Shown here in pieces: positions 1 through 15,219 of a stretch of 64,000 nucleotides of DNA (its first letter is position 1; each line of letters starts with the position of its first letter). Under the pieces are notes generated by a model. That model was not told where the DNA came from, made no database searches, and worked only from the letters and a program-made list of their open reading frames with translations. Source of the DNA: Macrostomum lignano. Taxonomy: Eukaryota. Position numbers and translations under genes: made by a program. The stretch lies in contig NIVC01003300.1 of assembly GCA_002269645.1 (NCBI GenBank), positions 1-64,000 of the forward strand. The letters are read 5' to 3'.

Positions 1-110
1 TACTTGGTAACTTGATGATGAGAAGGACGGCGTGCATGCAAACCATATGCAGCCTTTCTCAGAGGAAGGCGGTTACAGAAATCGCTTGAAACTGGAGACT
101 GATTGAGCGA
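1..110 (+). mobile_element. Possible C-terminal remnant of a Gypsy-type integrase
   Basis: Reads YLVT-(frameshift)-DDEKDGVHANHMQPF, resembling the YxV...VHxNxLKP(F/Y) end of Gypsy integrases. It lies upstream of a PPT and LTR. Confidence 0.35.
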
Positions 111-628
111 TGAGGTGTTAGATGCTGGGTGTGAATGAGCCGTTGGGACATACGTTCTCTTGACAGGTTTCTTAAACTCAAAAGAATATTTACTCTGATA
201 GATATTGATTGACAGCTTTTCCGATTTGCTGCCTGTCAGTTGGTTCGAGAGAATTCTACTAAAAATTAAACTCATGTAGTGAGCCGCTAGTTTAGTGTTA
301 GGCGTCCCCCCTTTGTCAGCAGTTTTCTTCGCCCTCGCCCTCGCGGGTCGCTGTCTGCCGCTGGTCAGCCTCCCGCACCCTCTTGTCTGCCTGTTTGCCG
401 TTCCCGCTCCCCCTTTTTCTGTCTGTTTTCTGCGCTCTTGTTTGCAGACATGATTTTCCCTGCTGTGGTCTGCTCTTGTTTCCGTTCCCGTCCTGTGGTC
501 ACAAGTCACATGACAAGTCTTGCTTTCTCGAAGTCCTAAAGTGCAGTAAACATGTTTACTGCAACGGCTGGTCCGTGTTTACTGGGAATCACGTGCCCGA
601 GGCCCTTATCTTCTCTAAGGAAAAGGGG

Positions 629-1208
629 TGACTCATGTTTCTAAAAATAGACACTGAGTCACAGCCTGGCGCACTCTGCCCGGGACCCCAAGTGACGCCA
701 GTTCTAAAAATAGAACAAAGTCACGAGGTCTTGTGCGCATTGGGGCAGTGGAGAATCCCGCCTATAAATACGGATCCCCTCGGCCCTCACCTCACCCTTG
801 GATCAGTCAAGGAGTCCTTTCTCGGTTTCACTGTTCTCCAACCGTTCGTTCGTCCCGCGTGTGCGTACAACTTATCATTCTTTTCTTTGCCTGACCATCC
901 AGCCCAGGCCCGAGCCTACGAGAGGCTACCTCAGTCCTCCCAACCGCCCTATAAGCCCAACAGGATCTGCTGACGAGACGCCCTGTTCGTTGAACTGCAA
1001 TTCTGCATACGGTGCTGTATTCGGTCGTCTTAATTATTTCGTCCGACAGAAGCTCACCTCACCAAAGGCCGAGACCCGACGGACTGGTGGCAGGCAGCAC
1101 TACCTTACCTATGCTATTGAGAGCTACAAGAGAACTTCCAAGAAGAGGCGCGAGACTTAAGGCAGAAATTAAGTGCCTGTAAATCGGGAAGTGAACGCTC
1201 TATCTTCA
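629..1208 (+). mobile_element. LTR (about 580 bp) of an LTR retrotransposon
   Basis: TGA...TCA termini; polypurine tract AAGGAAAAGGGG at 617-628 immediately 5'; TATAAATA at 763-770; PBS TGGTGGCAGCGGTG at 1210-1223 immediately 3'. Confidence 0.7.
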
Positions 1209-1209
1209 C

Positions 1210-1223
1210 TGGTGGCAGCGGTG
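1210..1223 (+). promoter_or_regulatory. Primer-binding site complementary to the 3' end of tRNA-Leu
   Basis: TGGTGGCAGCGGTG is the reverse complement of CACCGCTGCCA+CCA, the 3' end of eukaryotic tRNA-Leu(AAG/TAG). It starts 1 nt after the LTR's terminal CA. Confidence 0.7.
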
Positions 1224-1461
1224 ATATTCCAAGACCTACCAGGCCACCCCGAGACAACCTATACTTCACTCACATAAAGACTCTGTTTTCGTGCAAAAGA
1301 CTCAAGTCTAGACACAACCGCACACCAACGTGTTATTTGAATGTTCTTTGGTTCAAGTCTGCCTCCAAAAAGCTTTCATAACCTAAATCCGGTGTATTTC
1401 TAAGAGCAAACACAGATCACAGTTCAAGTCTCTTTTTCAGGTCAGTCTGGACTCTGAATGT

Positions 1462-2201
1462 TCAGCCGACGATCCAGACATCGCCAGTCTCGTTGGCGAA
1501 GGCGGTGGCGAAGCTGCTGAGGCGGCAGAGGCCGCTGCTGCTGTTGAAGCGAAAGGAGGAGCAGCTGGCAGTCCGGGCGCAGTAGTCGGCGCAGTCGACC
1601 AGGCTCTCCGCTTTGCGTTCCCAGCCCATTGAGCCGGCGAATTCGGCAGTGGTGACCAGCGGAGGGGCGACAAAGGCAGCGAACTTGTGAAAATTGGTCA
1701 GTAATCCTGCAACACGAGAATTATGAGGTTTGGTACCAACTGAGATTAGTGACACTTAAAACATCAAAGCTTTCGCTGCATTCGCTTACTCAATGGGTGC
1801 ACGTTCTCGTAGATGGAGTTTCGGAGCGTACCGCCGCAGATCTGGCCGGCATTCCCAGAGCAGCTGGTGCTGCACTCAGATTCGGGCGTGGGACCCCAGG
1901 AGCCGTAGCTGGAGTCGCACACGCAGTTACTGTAATGCTGCACTCCGAAGTACCGGAAGCCGCCGTAGACGCAGATCTCGTAGCACAGCTGCACAGTCAT
2001 GTCGCTTCTGATCACAAGTCCTTGGCTCCTGTCGCTGATGCTAAATGGGCCGAGCTGGGCAATGCCAACGAGGCCCAGCATGTCTCTGTTGGCATGTCCT
2101 TGGTCAACAAAGCAGCCGACGTAGGCCGGAGTGGCTTTGCGCTGGCACAGCGACCCGGAGACCAGCAGAGCGGCGACAACAACGACCAGCTTGCAGCGCA
2201 T
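1462..2201 (-). CDS. Secreted WSC + PAN/Apple protein, copy 1 (intact, about 218 aa, 2 exons)
   Basis: Exon 2201-1790: signal peptide MRCKLVVVVAALLVSGSLC and WSC domain YVGCFVD...MTVQLCYEIC...CVC...C...C.G...CGG..RNSIY. Phase-1 GTAAGC..TTGCAG intron 1789-1707 (83 nt). Exon 1706-1462: PAN-type CxxxC..C.SFRFN...CRL. The join is in frame. Confidence 0.85.
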
Positions 2202-2471
2202 TTTGAATAAGTTTTCGAGATGGGAGCATTGGTCGGGAGAATCTTCCCATATTTATTGACAACTCCTTCTTCTCCGTCAGCTCAAGAGAGGCGGAAAAAG
2301 TTTTGGCTTCTGAAGCTTCCCACTGCGGGCTCTCGCTGCAAAAGATCGATGGCTATTCAAATAAAAAACAATGCATTTCTTCTGCTCTCGTCGTCTGACG
2401 TAGAAAAAAAGTTTAGATTTTTTTCTGCAAGATCTCCTAAGCGGGGAACAAGTAGTGTAGCTCTGCTATAG

Positions 2472-2585
2472 AAAATATGCATGAATCGACTCAAAGTCAA
2501 GCTCTGGGCTGAGCTGGAGGCCCGAGATGTGGAAGAGACCCACAGCTGCCAGATGCTGCATGAACGCTTGAAAGCGAAAGATGCA
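2472..2585 (+). CDS. Candidate isolated internal exon (38 codons, phase 0/0), product unknown
   Basis: TGCTATAG acceptor, GTAAGT donor, stop-free KICMNRLKVKLWAELEARDVEETHSCQMLHERLKAKDA with host-like GC3 codons. No partner exons identified. Confidence 0.35.
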
Positions 2586-3059
2586 GTAAGTCTCCGAATT
2601 CGTCAGTATGTCTCTAAAATAAGGGGGCAAAACTCCCCTTACTTCTAATTTCCTTGCTTCCTCTGCATCAAAAACTGGAAATTCCGTGGGGCCCGAGGAG
2701 CCTTCTCTCTCCGGGCCGCGGGTCCTTTGAAACTCGAGGTTTATGTCTCTTCTCAGCTCTCTTACCTCTCCTCTCTCCCCTCTCACTAGTCTTTACGGTC
2801 ATCTCTACTCTTCCTTATCTCTCATCCCATCTTCTCTCATCTTATCTTTCCATCTCTTATATTCTTTGAGCCCAGTGGAAAAATATTGAAAACATTCTGT
2901 GTGGATTCGAGCAAAGAACAGACTAATTTGTACACTGAGTTGACACACCTGTCAGGATCTGTGGCTTTTGGCTCCAGCCAGATAGTCAGGTTTCTCCACT
3001 GCCAAAAGTCTTTAAATAAAAAATAAGTATTTTGCCGACAAGGTCATTGACAGACCGAC

Positions 3060-3125
3060 CAACAAAGCAGCCGTCACAGACCGGAGCTGGCGCAGCGCCC
3101 CGGGAGCCAGCAGAGCGGCCAACTT
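3060..3125 (-). pseudogene. Short 5' remnant of a WSC-PAN family gene
   Basis: Minus strand reads GCCGCTCTGCTGGCTCCCGGGGCGCTGCGCCAGCTCCGGTCTGTGACGGCTGCTTTGTTG, matching the signal-peptide/GCFVD region of copies 1 and 3 with deletions. Confidence 0.55.
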
Positions 3126-3508
3126 AATGGCACTGGGAGCTGTCACTCAGCGTCTCTTCTTAAGTTGTGTTGTCTTGTCGAATTTCGCTGCTATTTGTAT
3201 TGAAAAACAAAATTGCAAAAGCAAACGACGGCCAAGCGCTGCCCTCCGACTGTCACAGGCGGCATGAGATGAGAAAATTAATTAACAAGCTTAGTTTCAA
3301 AAAGCTGATGCTTCCAGAATCAAACTTAATTATGATTTGGTTACTCTTGACTTATTGCTTTTTTCAATAGATTGTAACAGCTCAGTAAAACAATTAAAAT
3401 GACATATCCCATTTGCAATAAATCCAGCAGATTAAAGGAACAAAACCGGAGCGTTACGTCCTGATACGGCAGCTCCTGGCGGTCAGATGCTGCCAGACGC
3501 TTGGGTCT

Positions 3509-4170
3509 TCAGCCGACGATCCAGACATCGCCAGTCTCGTTGGCGAAAGCGGTGGCGAAGCTGCTGATGTGGCAGAGGCCGCTGCTGCTGTTGAAGCGAT
3601 AGGAGGAGCAGCTGGCAGTCCGGGCGCAGAAGGCGGCGCACTGCATCCGGCTCTGCGTCTTGACGTCCCAGCCCAGTGAGCCGGCGAATGCAGCGGTGGT
3701 GACCAGCGGAGGAGCGGCAGAGGCGGCGAACTTGCGAAAATTGATCGGTGATCCTGAAACCGGAGAATGATGAGGTTGGACATCGCCGAGTTGAATACCA
3801 TTTAACATACCAAAGCACTCGGTAGCGTTCGCTCACTCGTTGGCTGAAAATTCTCGTAGATGGAGTTTCTGAACCCTCCGCCGCAGATCTGGCCAGCATT
3901 CCCAGAGCAGCTGGTGCTGCACTCAGAGTCTGGCGCGGGACCCCAGGAGCAGTAGCTGGAGCCGCACATGCAGTGCCTGAAATGCTACAGTCCGAAGTAC
4001 CGGAAGCCGCCATAGACGCAGATCTCGCTGCTCAGCTCCACCGTCATGTCGGCTCTTTTTACAGCCGCCTGGGCCATGTAGGTGACGCTGAACGGGCCGA
4101 GCTGGACGATGCCAACGAGGCCAGCGACCCGGAACTAAGCAGAGCGGCCATCGCAACAGGTAACGCATGC
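3509..4170 (-). pseudogene. WSC-PAN copy 2, pseudogene
   Basis: Intact PAN exon 3753-3509 and the same 83-nt intron (3836-3754). The WSC exon has a frameshifting deletion between GSL and GLVG and an in-frame TAG at 3986-3984. Confidence 0.8.
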
Positions 4171-4933
4171 TGAGCACGGATACGTAGACTAGTTCGGATA
4201 GTGAGCCTTCTTCTCCCTTTGCACAGAGAATTTGAGAGTTGCTGCCTTTATTCTGGTGGTGGAGCAGCAGCACTGCATGTTGCAATGCGTTTCTCACTAA
4301 GAAGAATTTTGCTGGGTTCACAAATATAGACAGAGCTGTTAAGCTGGAATCCTAGAGAAATTTGATTCTCCAGGTCTCAGTTGCCTGTCAGAGGCTCACT
4401 GACACAGAGGGTCTTCAACTACCTAATTGGATTCGATTCCGTGTTGGTAGATGATGGCAGCGGTTCTGCCTGACGATCTGCGCTGCACTCAGCTCAGCTG
4501 CACTATCTACCTACAACAGTAACTTCTAGTGGTCCTTGACTCCGCTATCAGCAGATCGAGGGCTATTTTCATGTAATCAGTCTAGGATGCAGGTTGGCTG
4601 ATCAGCTGCTGAGATCATCAACCTCTCCCTCCGGCCTCAGGATTTGTACGGTATTCATTCAGTGCGAAGTCACGTTTCTGAAGTCTTAACCAATAACTGT
4701 ATATACTACAACCGTCAACAAAATATTGAAAAATTTTAATGACGATTGCCTTATTCTAGAGTTTCATACGCTCGTAAAAGGTGAAAATCGTTTTCGGGTC
4801 ACTCATAATATATTTTCAAAATAGAAAGTTTCTCTTCCAAATTGTTCCTTACATCGAAACGCGTTTTGTATTTGGGCATTCCCCGATATAATCACTGCTG
4901 TGTTTCCAAAGCTCCAAAAAACAGCTCTGAGAC

Positions 4934-5713
4934 TCAGCACAAAATCCACACATCGCCAGCTTCTCCGCTGATGGCGGTGGCGAAGCTGCTGAGGCGGCAG
5001 AGGCCGCTGCTGCTGTTGAAGCGATAGGAGGAGCAGCTGGCAGACCGGGCGCAGAGGACGGCGCAGTCATCCAGGCTCGACTTGACGTCCCAGCCCAGTG
5101 AGCCGGCGAATGCAGCTGTGGTGACCAGCTTTGGAGCGGCAGAGGTGGCGAACTTGCGGAAACGAATGCCCGGAATGGCTGCAATTCAGGGAATTGAGAT
5201 TTCGCAGTAAAAAATCATCGATTTCCAAAATCTAGGCGGGCAGTAAAGCATTGTTAACGCACAGAGCTAAACAGCAGTGGCACACTTACAGGACGAGTAC
5301 ACATTCTCGTAGATGGAGTTTCGCCAGGCTCCGCCGCACATCTGCGCGGAATTTCCGCGGCATTTCTGATTGCACTGAAATTCCGGCGCCGGACCCCAGG
5401 AGACGTAGCTGGAGTCGCAGCTGCACTCCGAGTTGCTCTGCACTGCCATGTAGCGGAAGCCGCCATAGATGCCGATCTCGCTGCACAGCTCCACCGTCAT
5501 GTCGGCTCTGGAAGCGATGCCTTGGCTCACGTGATTTACTCTGAATGGGCCGAGCTGGGCGATGCCAACGAGGCCCTGCATGTCTCTGTTGGGCGGCCCT
5601 CTGTCAACAAAGCAGCCCACATAGACCGGAGTGGCCTTGCGCTGGCACAGAGACCCGGAGATCAGCAGAGCGGCCATCGCAACAGCCGCTATGCCAGTTT
5701 TATTGAGAGGCAT
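4934..5713 (-). CDS. Secreted WSC + PAN/Apple protein, copy 3 (open frame, about 222 aa, 2 exons)
   Basis: ATG at 5713 (MPLNKTGIAAVAMAALLISGSLC); exon 5713-5290; phase-1 intron GTAAGT..TTGCAG 5289-5179 (111 nt); exon 5178-4934 ends DVWILC*. The join is in frame. Confidence 0.85.
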
Positions 5714-6141
5714 CTTCTTTCTGCTAAGGTTAATATTTTTGACAGCAACAGCCCTTCCTTGGTCTGAATTTATCGTCAAAAATTCCTTTGGCCTGCACCA
5801 CGCTGTCTCGATCGCAGTCGATTGGGTGTAAAGAAACTGCTGGTTGGCAGATGCGGCTCAAGCTTTCTTCTAAAGAAAGACATCTGACTTAGCGGACGTC
5901 TCTCGGAATTTTGAAAGCAATCAACAAGAACGTTGATAGGGTTAAGGTTAATTTTTTTCTATGAATACTAGAAAATAGAGTCATGGGTAGAGCAGGAGTG
6001 AGAAACGGGAACTGTCAGGAACAGGTGTCGGAGTTGACGGACGTGGGAGAGTCTGCACTAGCTGGCAGGTGCTGGCTGATCGGTGAAGAGGCGCAAACCG
6101 CATCAAGTTGAAGTTCTTCTTAGCTGTCTTGATAGGCTCCA

Positions 6142-6740
<599 letters not shown>

Positions 6741-6741
6741 T

Positions 6742-7020
6742 TAGCAAAGTAGACACAACCATGCCATTTCTAACAGGCAGTTCCTTTGCACTTCCCACAC
6801 AGCGTATCTGCATCCACCTGATCTCTCACAGCCCCATATGTCATATATTTATAAATAAGCATCGGGACTGCTCAAGCGGAATGATGGGGCGCACGCGCAA
6901 TGGCACAGCGACACTGACGGACGTGATGAGGCTAGTGAAGCTGCATGGATAGACAAACAGAGATCACAGGTGAAGCTAAAGGCTGCCTATGCTAAAAAAT
7001 CCGGATTCTCCGGGTTCGAT
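6742..7020 (+). repeat. Dispersed repeat, copy a (copy b at about 12398-12650)
   Basis: Shared blocks ATGCCATTT..CAGTTCCTTTGCAC, CCACCTGATCTC.CACAGCC, GAGGCT..GCTGCATGGATAGAC and GGCTGCCTATGCTAAAA.ATCCGGATTCTC. Confidence 0.75.
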
Positions 7021-7257
7021 GGGATGGCTTGAGCTCAAGCTCAATGACACTGTGCTCGGGCAGTTTGGGGCGCTGTGCTTCGCTCCCATATGGTTTGTGG
7101 GATGCGGCAGTCAGGGACGATGCTGAAACGAGAAGCAACGGATGAAAGAAGAGACAGTCCGGGCTTCCAGCGAGACTATGAGATGAGAGCTGTTATTATA
7201 CTCAGCAATATTCGGTGCAATACAATAGACTGGGATTCTGAGAGTTAAGCTTAACCC

Positions 7258-8348
7258 GCAGTCTCATAGGCAGTGAGATACACTGCAGTCTCAGTGAGAT
7301 ACACTGCAGTCTCATTGAGATACACTGCAGTCTCAGTGAGATACACTGCAGTCTCATTGAGATACACTGCAGTCTCAGTGAGATACACTGCAGTCTCAGT
7401 GAGATACACTACAGTCTCATAGGCAGTGAGATACACTGCAGTCTCAGTGAGATACACTGCAGTCTCATTGAGATACACTGCAGTCTCAGTGAGATACACT
7501 ACAGTCTCATTGAGATACACTGCATTCTCATAGGCAGTGAGATACACTGCAGTCTCAGTGAGATACACTGCAGTCTCATTGAGATACACTGCAGTCTCAG
7601 TGAGATACACTACAGTCTCATAGGCAGTGGGATACACTGCAGTCTCAGTGAGATACACTGCAGTCTCATTGGGATACACTGCAGTCTCAGTGAGATACAC
7701 TGCAGTCTCAGTGAGATACACTGCAGTCTCATTGAGATACACTGCAGTCTCATAGGCAGTGAGATACACTGCAGTCTCAGTGAGATACACTGCAGTCTCA
7801 TAGGCAGTGAGATACACTGCAGTCTCAGTGAGATACACTGCAGTCTCAGTGAGATGCACTGCAGTTTCAGTAAGATACACTGCAGTCTCAGTGAGATACA
7901 CTGCAGTCTCATAGGCAGTGAGATACACTGCAGTCTCATAGGCAGTGAGATACACTGCAGTCTCAGTGAGATACACTGCAGTCTCATAGGCAGTGAGATA
8001 CACTGCAGTCTCATAGGCAGTGAGATACACTGCAGTCTCAGTGAGATACACTGCAGTCTCAGTGAGATACACTGCAGGCTCATTGAGATACACTGCAGTC
8101 TCAGTGAGATACACTGCAGTCTCAGTGAGATACAATGCAGTCTCATTGAGATACACTGCAGTCTCAGTGAGATACACTGCAGTCTCAGTGAGATACACTG
8201 CAGTCTCATAGGCAGTGAGATACACTGCAGTCTCAGTGAGATACACTGCAGTCTCAGTGAGATACACTGCAGTCTCAGTGAGATACACTGCAGTCTCAGT
8301 GAGATACACTGCAGTCTCAGTGAGATGCACTGCAGTCTCATAGGCAGT
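7258..8348. repeat. Minisatellite, 21-bp unit GTCTCAGTGAGATACACTGCA with a 27-bp variant
   Basis: About 48 tandem units. Explains the ETAVYLT, RLQCISL and SEIHCSL pseudo-ORFs. Confidence 0.97.
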
Positions 8349-8980
8349 ATGATAATGGAACATAAGCCAGCAGGCATCGAAAGTCAGTGGAACACATGAG
8401 CAGTCAAAAGCAAAACAGAGAATTAAAAATCCAAGGCAGTCAAAAGCAAACACCCAGCAAAGGCTGACATTTGCTTCATGCTTCACTGCACGGGAGGCAT
8501 TTTCTCTGCGTTAATTCTCGATTCAGCTGTGTGTATGTGCAGGGCACTCACTGAACCGGTTCGCTCCACTCAACCTGTGATAATATTTAACAATAAAAGC
8601 ATCATTGCGCTCTACCTAGTCTACCCGCTGCAGTCTACTGTCTTTGACCCTCTCTTCTTGGGCTTCTGTCAGGCACGCACCACCGAAGTCTTCATAAGAT
8701 GGAAAATTGCGCCCTCTATTCAAATATTTACACTGCAAATATTGAAATTTATGTTCATTTTTATCATTGATTTATCTTGCCCAAACAAGAAATTATACAG
8801 GATAGTTAGTGCACTTGTGGCATGTAATAAATATTGACTAAACCAATTTCAACTTATTTATAAAATTAAGTAGCAACTTTCTTAACAGACTACTGTCCAG
8901 CATCTAAGTAGTAAAAAGTAAAAATTCATAGTTTTTGCTAAGAAAACGACAAAGAAATTTTCGCGCAGCACATAAAAACA

Positions 8981-11981
<3,001 letters not shown>

Positions 11982-11982
11982 C

Positions 11983-12252
11983 TCTTTCCTTGCCTTTCCT
12001 TCACTCTTACCCTCTCTCCCTCTCACCCTCTACCCTTTCTCACCCTCTCCTCTCTCTCACCCTCTACCCTTTCTCACCCTCTCCTCTCTCACACCCTCTA
12101 CCCTGTCTCAACCTCTACCCTGTCTCATCCTCTCCCCACTCTCACCCTCTACCCTCTCACCCTCTACCCTGTCTCACCCTCTCCTCTCTCTCACCCTCTA
12201 CCCTGTCTCACCCTCTCCTCTCTCTCACCCTCTACCCTTTCTCACCCTATCA
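11983..12252. repeat. CT-rich low-complexity repeat (CTCACCCTCT-like)
   Basis: Pyrimidine-rich degenerate tandem units. Confidence 0.85.
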
Positions 12253-12397
12253 CTCTGATTGAAGTTTCTGCTTATTTGCCCTTTTTGAGCCAAATCAGTA
12301 CGGTGAGGTACGAGAAGAAAACTCCATCAGAGTGAGAGTTGAACTCTAAATAATTCTTTCGTCAGTCGCGTAGTTCCCAAGCCTTCGGTTGTGCATC

Positions 12398-12650
12398 TAG
12401 CAAAGCCGACGTATTGCCATGCCATTTTTAACACGCAGTTCCTTTGCACAACCCTTTGGCATGTCTGCACCCACCTGATCTCACACAGCCGCCATACGCC
12501 ATGTTGCTATTGATATCTATAGATATTTATCAATAAGCACCGCGGCACTGACAGAGATGATGACGCCAAGTGAGGCTGCATGGATAGACGAACAGATATC
12601 ACTGGTGATGCTCAGGCTGCCTATGCTAAAACATCCGGATTCTCGTGGAT
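12398..12650 (+). repeat. Dispersed repeat, copy b (homologous to 6742-7020)
   Basis: Shares the blocks listed for copy a, in the same orientation. Confidence 0.75.
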
Positions 12651-12718
12651 GCGGGCCGCCCTGTTATCTGTTCGACTAGACGGCTTGAGCCGCATCTGCC
12701 CACCAGCAGTTTACCCCC

Positions 12719-13358
12719 CGAATCAACAAAACTGCCTTAGCAGCTGTAGCGGTGGCCGCTCTGCTGATCTCCGGGTGCAAAGCCACTCCGGTCTATGCCG
12801 GCTGCTTTGTTGACAAAGCGCCAGACGATAGAGACATGCAGGGCCCATACAAAGTCACCTACAAGAGCCAGGGCATCGTGTCCAGAAGCGACATGACGGT
12901 AGAGCTGTGCAGCGAGATCTGCGTCTACGGCGGCTTCCGGTACTTCGGACTGCAGCATTTCCGTCACTGCGTGTGCGACTCCAGCTACGGCTCCTGGGGT
13001 TCCGCGCTGGAATCCGTGTGCAACACGCATTGCTCTGGGAATGCTGGCCAGGTTTGCGGAGGAGAAGCTTATAATAGAGACAAGTGAGGTCTATGCTCTT
13101 AAAATTTCCATTTCAGATTTGAAAAATGCTCGCTTTCGCAAGTTCGCCGCCTCTGCCGCTCCTCAGCTGGTCGCCACTGGCGAAATCGCCGGCTCCTGGT
13201 ACGTCAAGACGCAGATCCGGATGCAGTGCGCCGCCTTCTGCGCCCAGACTACCAGCTGCATCTTCTATCACTTCAACAGCAGCAGCGGCCTCTGCCGCCT
13301 CAGCAGCTTCGCCACCGTCTTCGCCAACGAGACTGGCGATGTCTGGATCGTCGGCTGA
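12719..13358 (+). pseudogene. WSC-PAN copy 4, inverted, probably a pseudogene
   Basis: No in-frame ATG (TGA at 12686) and in-frame deletions in the WSC part. The GTGAG donor at 13084 is phase 2 in the WSC frame but the acceptor at 13116 needs phase 1. The PAN exon 13117-13358 is open. Confidence 0.75.
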
Positions 13359-13827
13359 AGACCCAAGCGCCTGGCAGCATCTGACCGCCAGGAACTGCCG
13401 TATGAGGATGTAACACTCCTGTTTTTCAGAAACTTTTTTCCTTCAATATATTGAAGCTGAGCTATCGAGAAAGAAACAATAAATCAAGAGCAAACCGTCA
13501 AACCGATCATAATTGGAGGCAGAGCTTTGCAGCGGGCCTGATGAGGCAGTTAAAGATTAGAGAAGGAGTAGAGAGTGAAACTTGACTGACAGAGTGGGGG
13601 CGGGCAGGGAAGTTGGGTGGGCGACCATCCTCTTCACAAGTTTGCCAAACTCCGCAATTTTGCGTTTGTCACCCTGCAACACATGTGCAAGTATCCACCT
13701 CCGCAACCAGCGCTTTCATGCCAGACGCTCTTCTCCATCATATCGATTTGTACCGAATATAACTTATAGTTTTTATGAAAAATTGTATGAAAAACAGTTT
13801 TGAATAATTTGAGTTTTGTTCTCCTCC

Positions 13828-14347
13828 TCGAGTCTCCCTTCTCTTCTCCGATTGAGTCTCCCTGCTCTTCTCCGATTGAGTCTCCCTGCTCTTCTCCGAT
13901 TGAGTCTCCCTGCTCTTCTCCGATCGAGTCTCCCTGCTCTTCTCCGATTGAGTCTCCCTTCTCTTCTCCGATTGAGTCTCCCTGCTCTTCTCCGATTGAG
14001 TCTCCCTGCTCTTCTCCGATTGAGTCTCCCTGCTCTTCTCCGATCGAGTCTCCCTGCTCTTCTCCGATTGAGTCTCCCTTCTCTTCTCCGATTGAGTCTC
14101 CCTGCTCTTCTCCGATCGAGTCTCCCTGCTCTTCTCCGATTGAGTCTCCCTTCTCTTCTCCGATTGAGTCTCCCTGCTCTTCTCCGATCGAGTCTCCCTT
14201 CTCTTCTCCGATTGAGTCTCCCTGCTCTTCTCCGATTGAGTCTCCCTGCTCTTCTCCGATCCAGTCTCCCTGCTCTTCACCGATCGAGTCTCCCTGCTCT
14301 TCACCGATCGAGTCTCCCTTCTCTTCACCGATCGAGTCTCCCTGCTT
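13828..14347. repeat. 24-bp minisatellite GAGTCTCCCTGCTCTTCTCCGATT
   Basis: About 21 units; source of the ESPCSSPI and SEKSRETQ pseudo-ORFs. Confidence 0.97.
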
Positions 14348-15219
14348 TTCTCTTTGAGCTCGGTCTGCAAGTAGGCGTCAGATGACCGGTCGAGAGTGGC
14401 AAAATCAATCAATCATCACCCCGACTTGCAATTGGCACAAGTTCTGACATTGCCATTAGGTTTTAGAACGCAGACAATCGGGAACGCCCAATTGCCTTCC
14501 GTCACTGGCTCAGAGGTGTCACACTACGGAACCAAGTCAACTGTGCGAAACGTGTCTCTGTGACTCCACGTGGGCAGCGAACTCTCCCAGGGTTCTTATG
14601 ATTTGCTCAACGCTGGGCGTCCAACTGCCTCCCAGTGGTCCCTTAGGATGAGGCTTCATGAGGCTGATGAACCGGAAGTTCCGGTGCTGCAATTGTCCCG
14701 TTGAGCCGCGGTTCCAGTAGCATCCAGTGACACAGTGGGTGTACTTTGGTACTCCATATCCTGCTGAAAGGCGGATTCTCCCGTCAGTTTTTTTCCCGCC
14801 GTGGTTTTGCCGTCAATATTTGACAGCTGATGTACAAGGGATTTATTCAAAAGACTACTGTCAAGCATCTAAGTAGTACAAAGCGAAAATTCATAAGTTT
14901 TGCCAGCTGAAAAGACAACTGCAAAGGACTTTTAGTGTCGCAAACAAAGGAGCAGACGGATTGGAAACGGAAAGAACAACTCATCATTTTCCAGCGGGGC
15001 CGAGGTGAGACTGGGACAGCTTCTTTCGGACACCACTTCATCTGCATCGTATTCTTTGCTGCTTTGCACGACTCCCCATAATTTGTGTAAGTTTTCCCGC
15101 CAACTGGTGAATCTTTTCATAGCAACCGGCTGCATGGCCAGTGGGAAGACAGAAAAGATGACCAACAGTCCCGGTGTCTCTTTCATCAGCTTTATGCTTA
15201 AAGGGCATTGCTTTATCTT

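Noticed and set aside
7251-8486. 411-aa ETAVYLT ORF with a hydrophobic leader (possible mucin or adhesive protein)
   Set aside because: 21/27-bp units keep several frames on both strands open automatically; there is no splice or codon evidence. Expression data could revive it.
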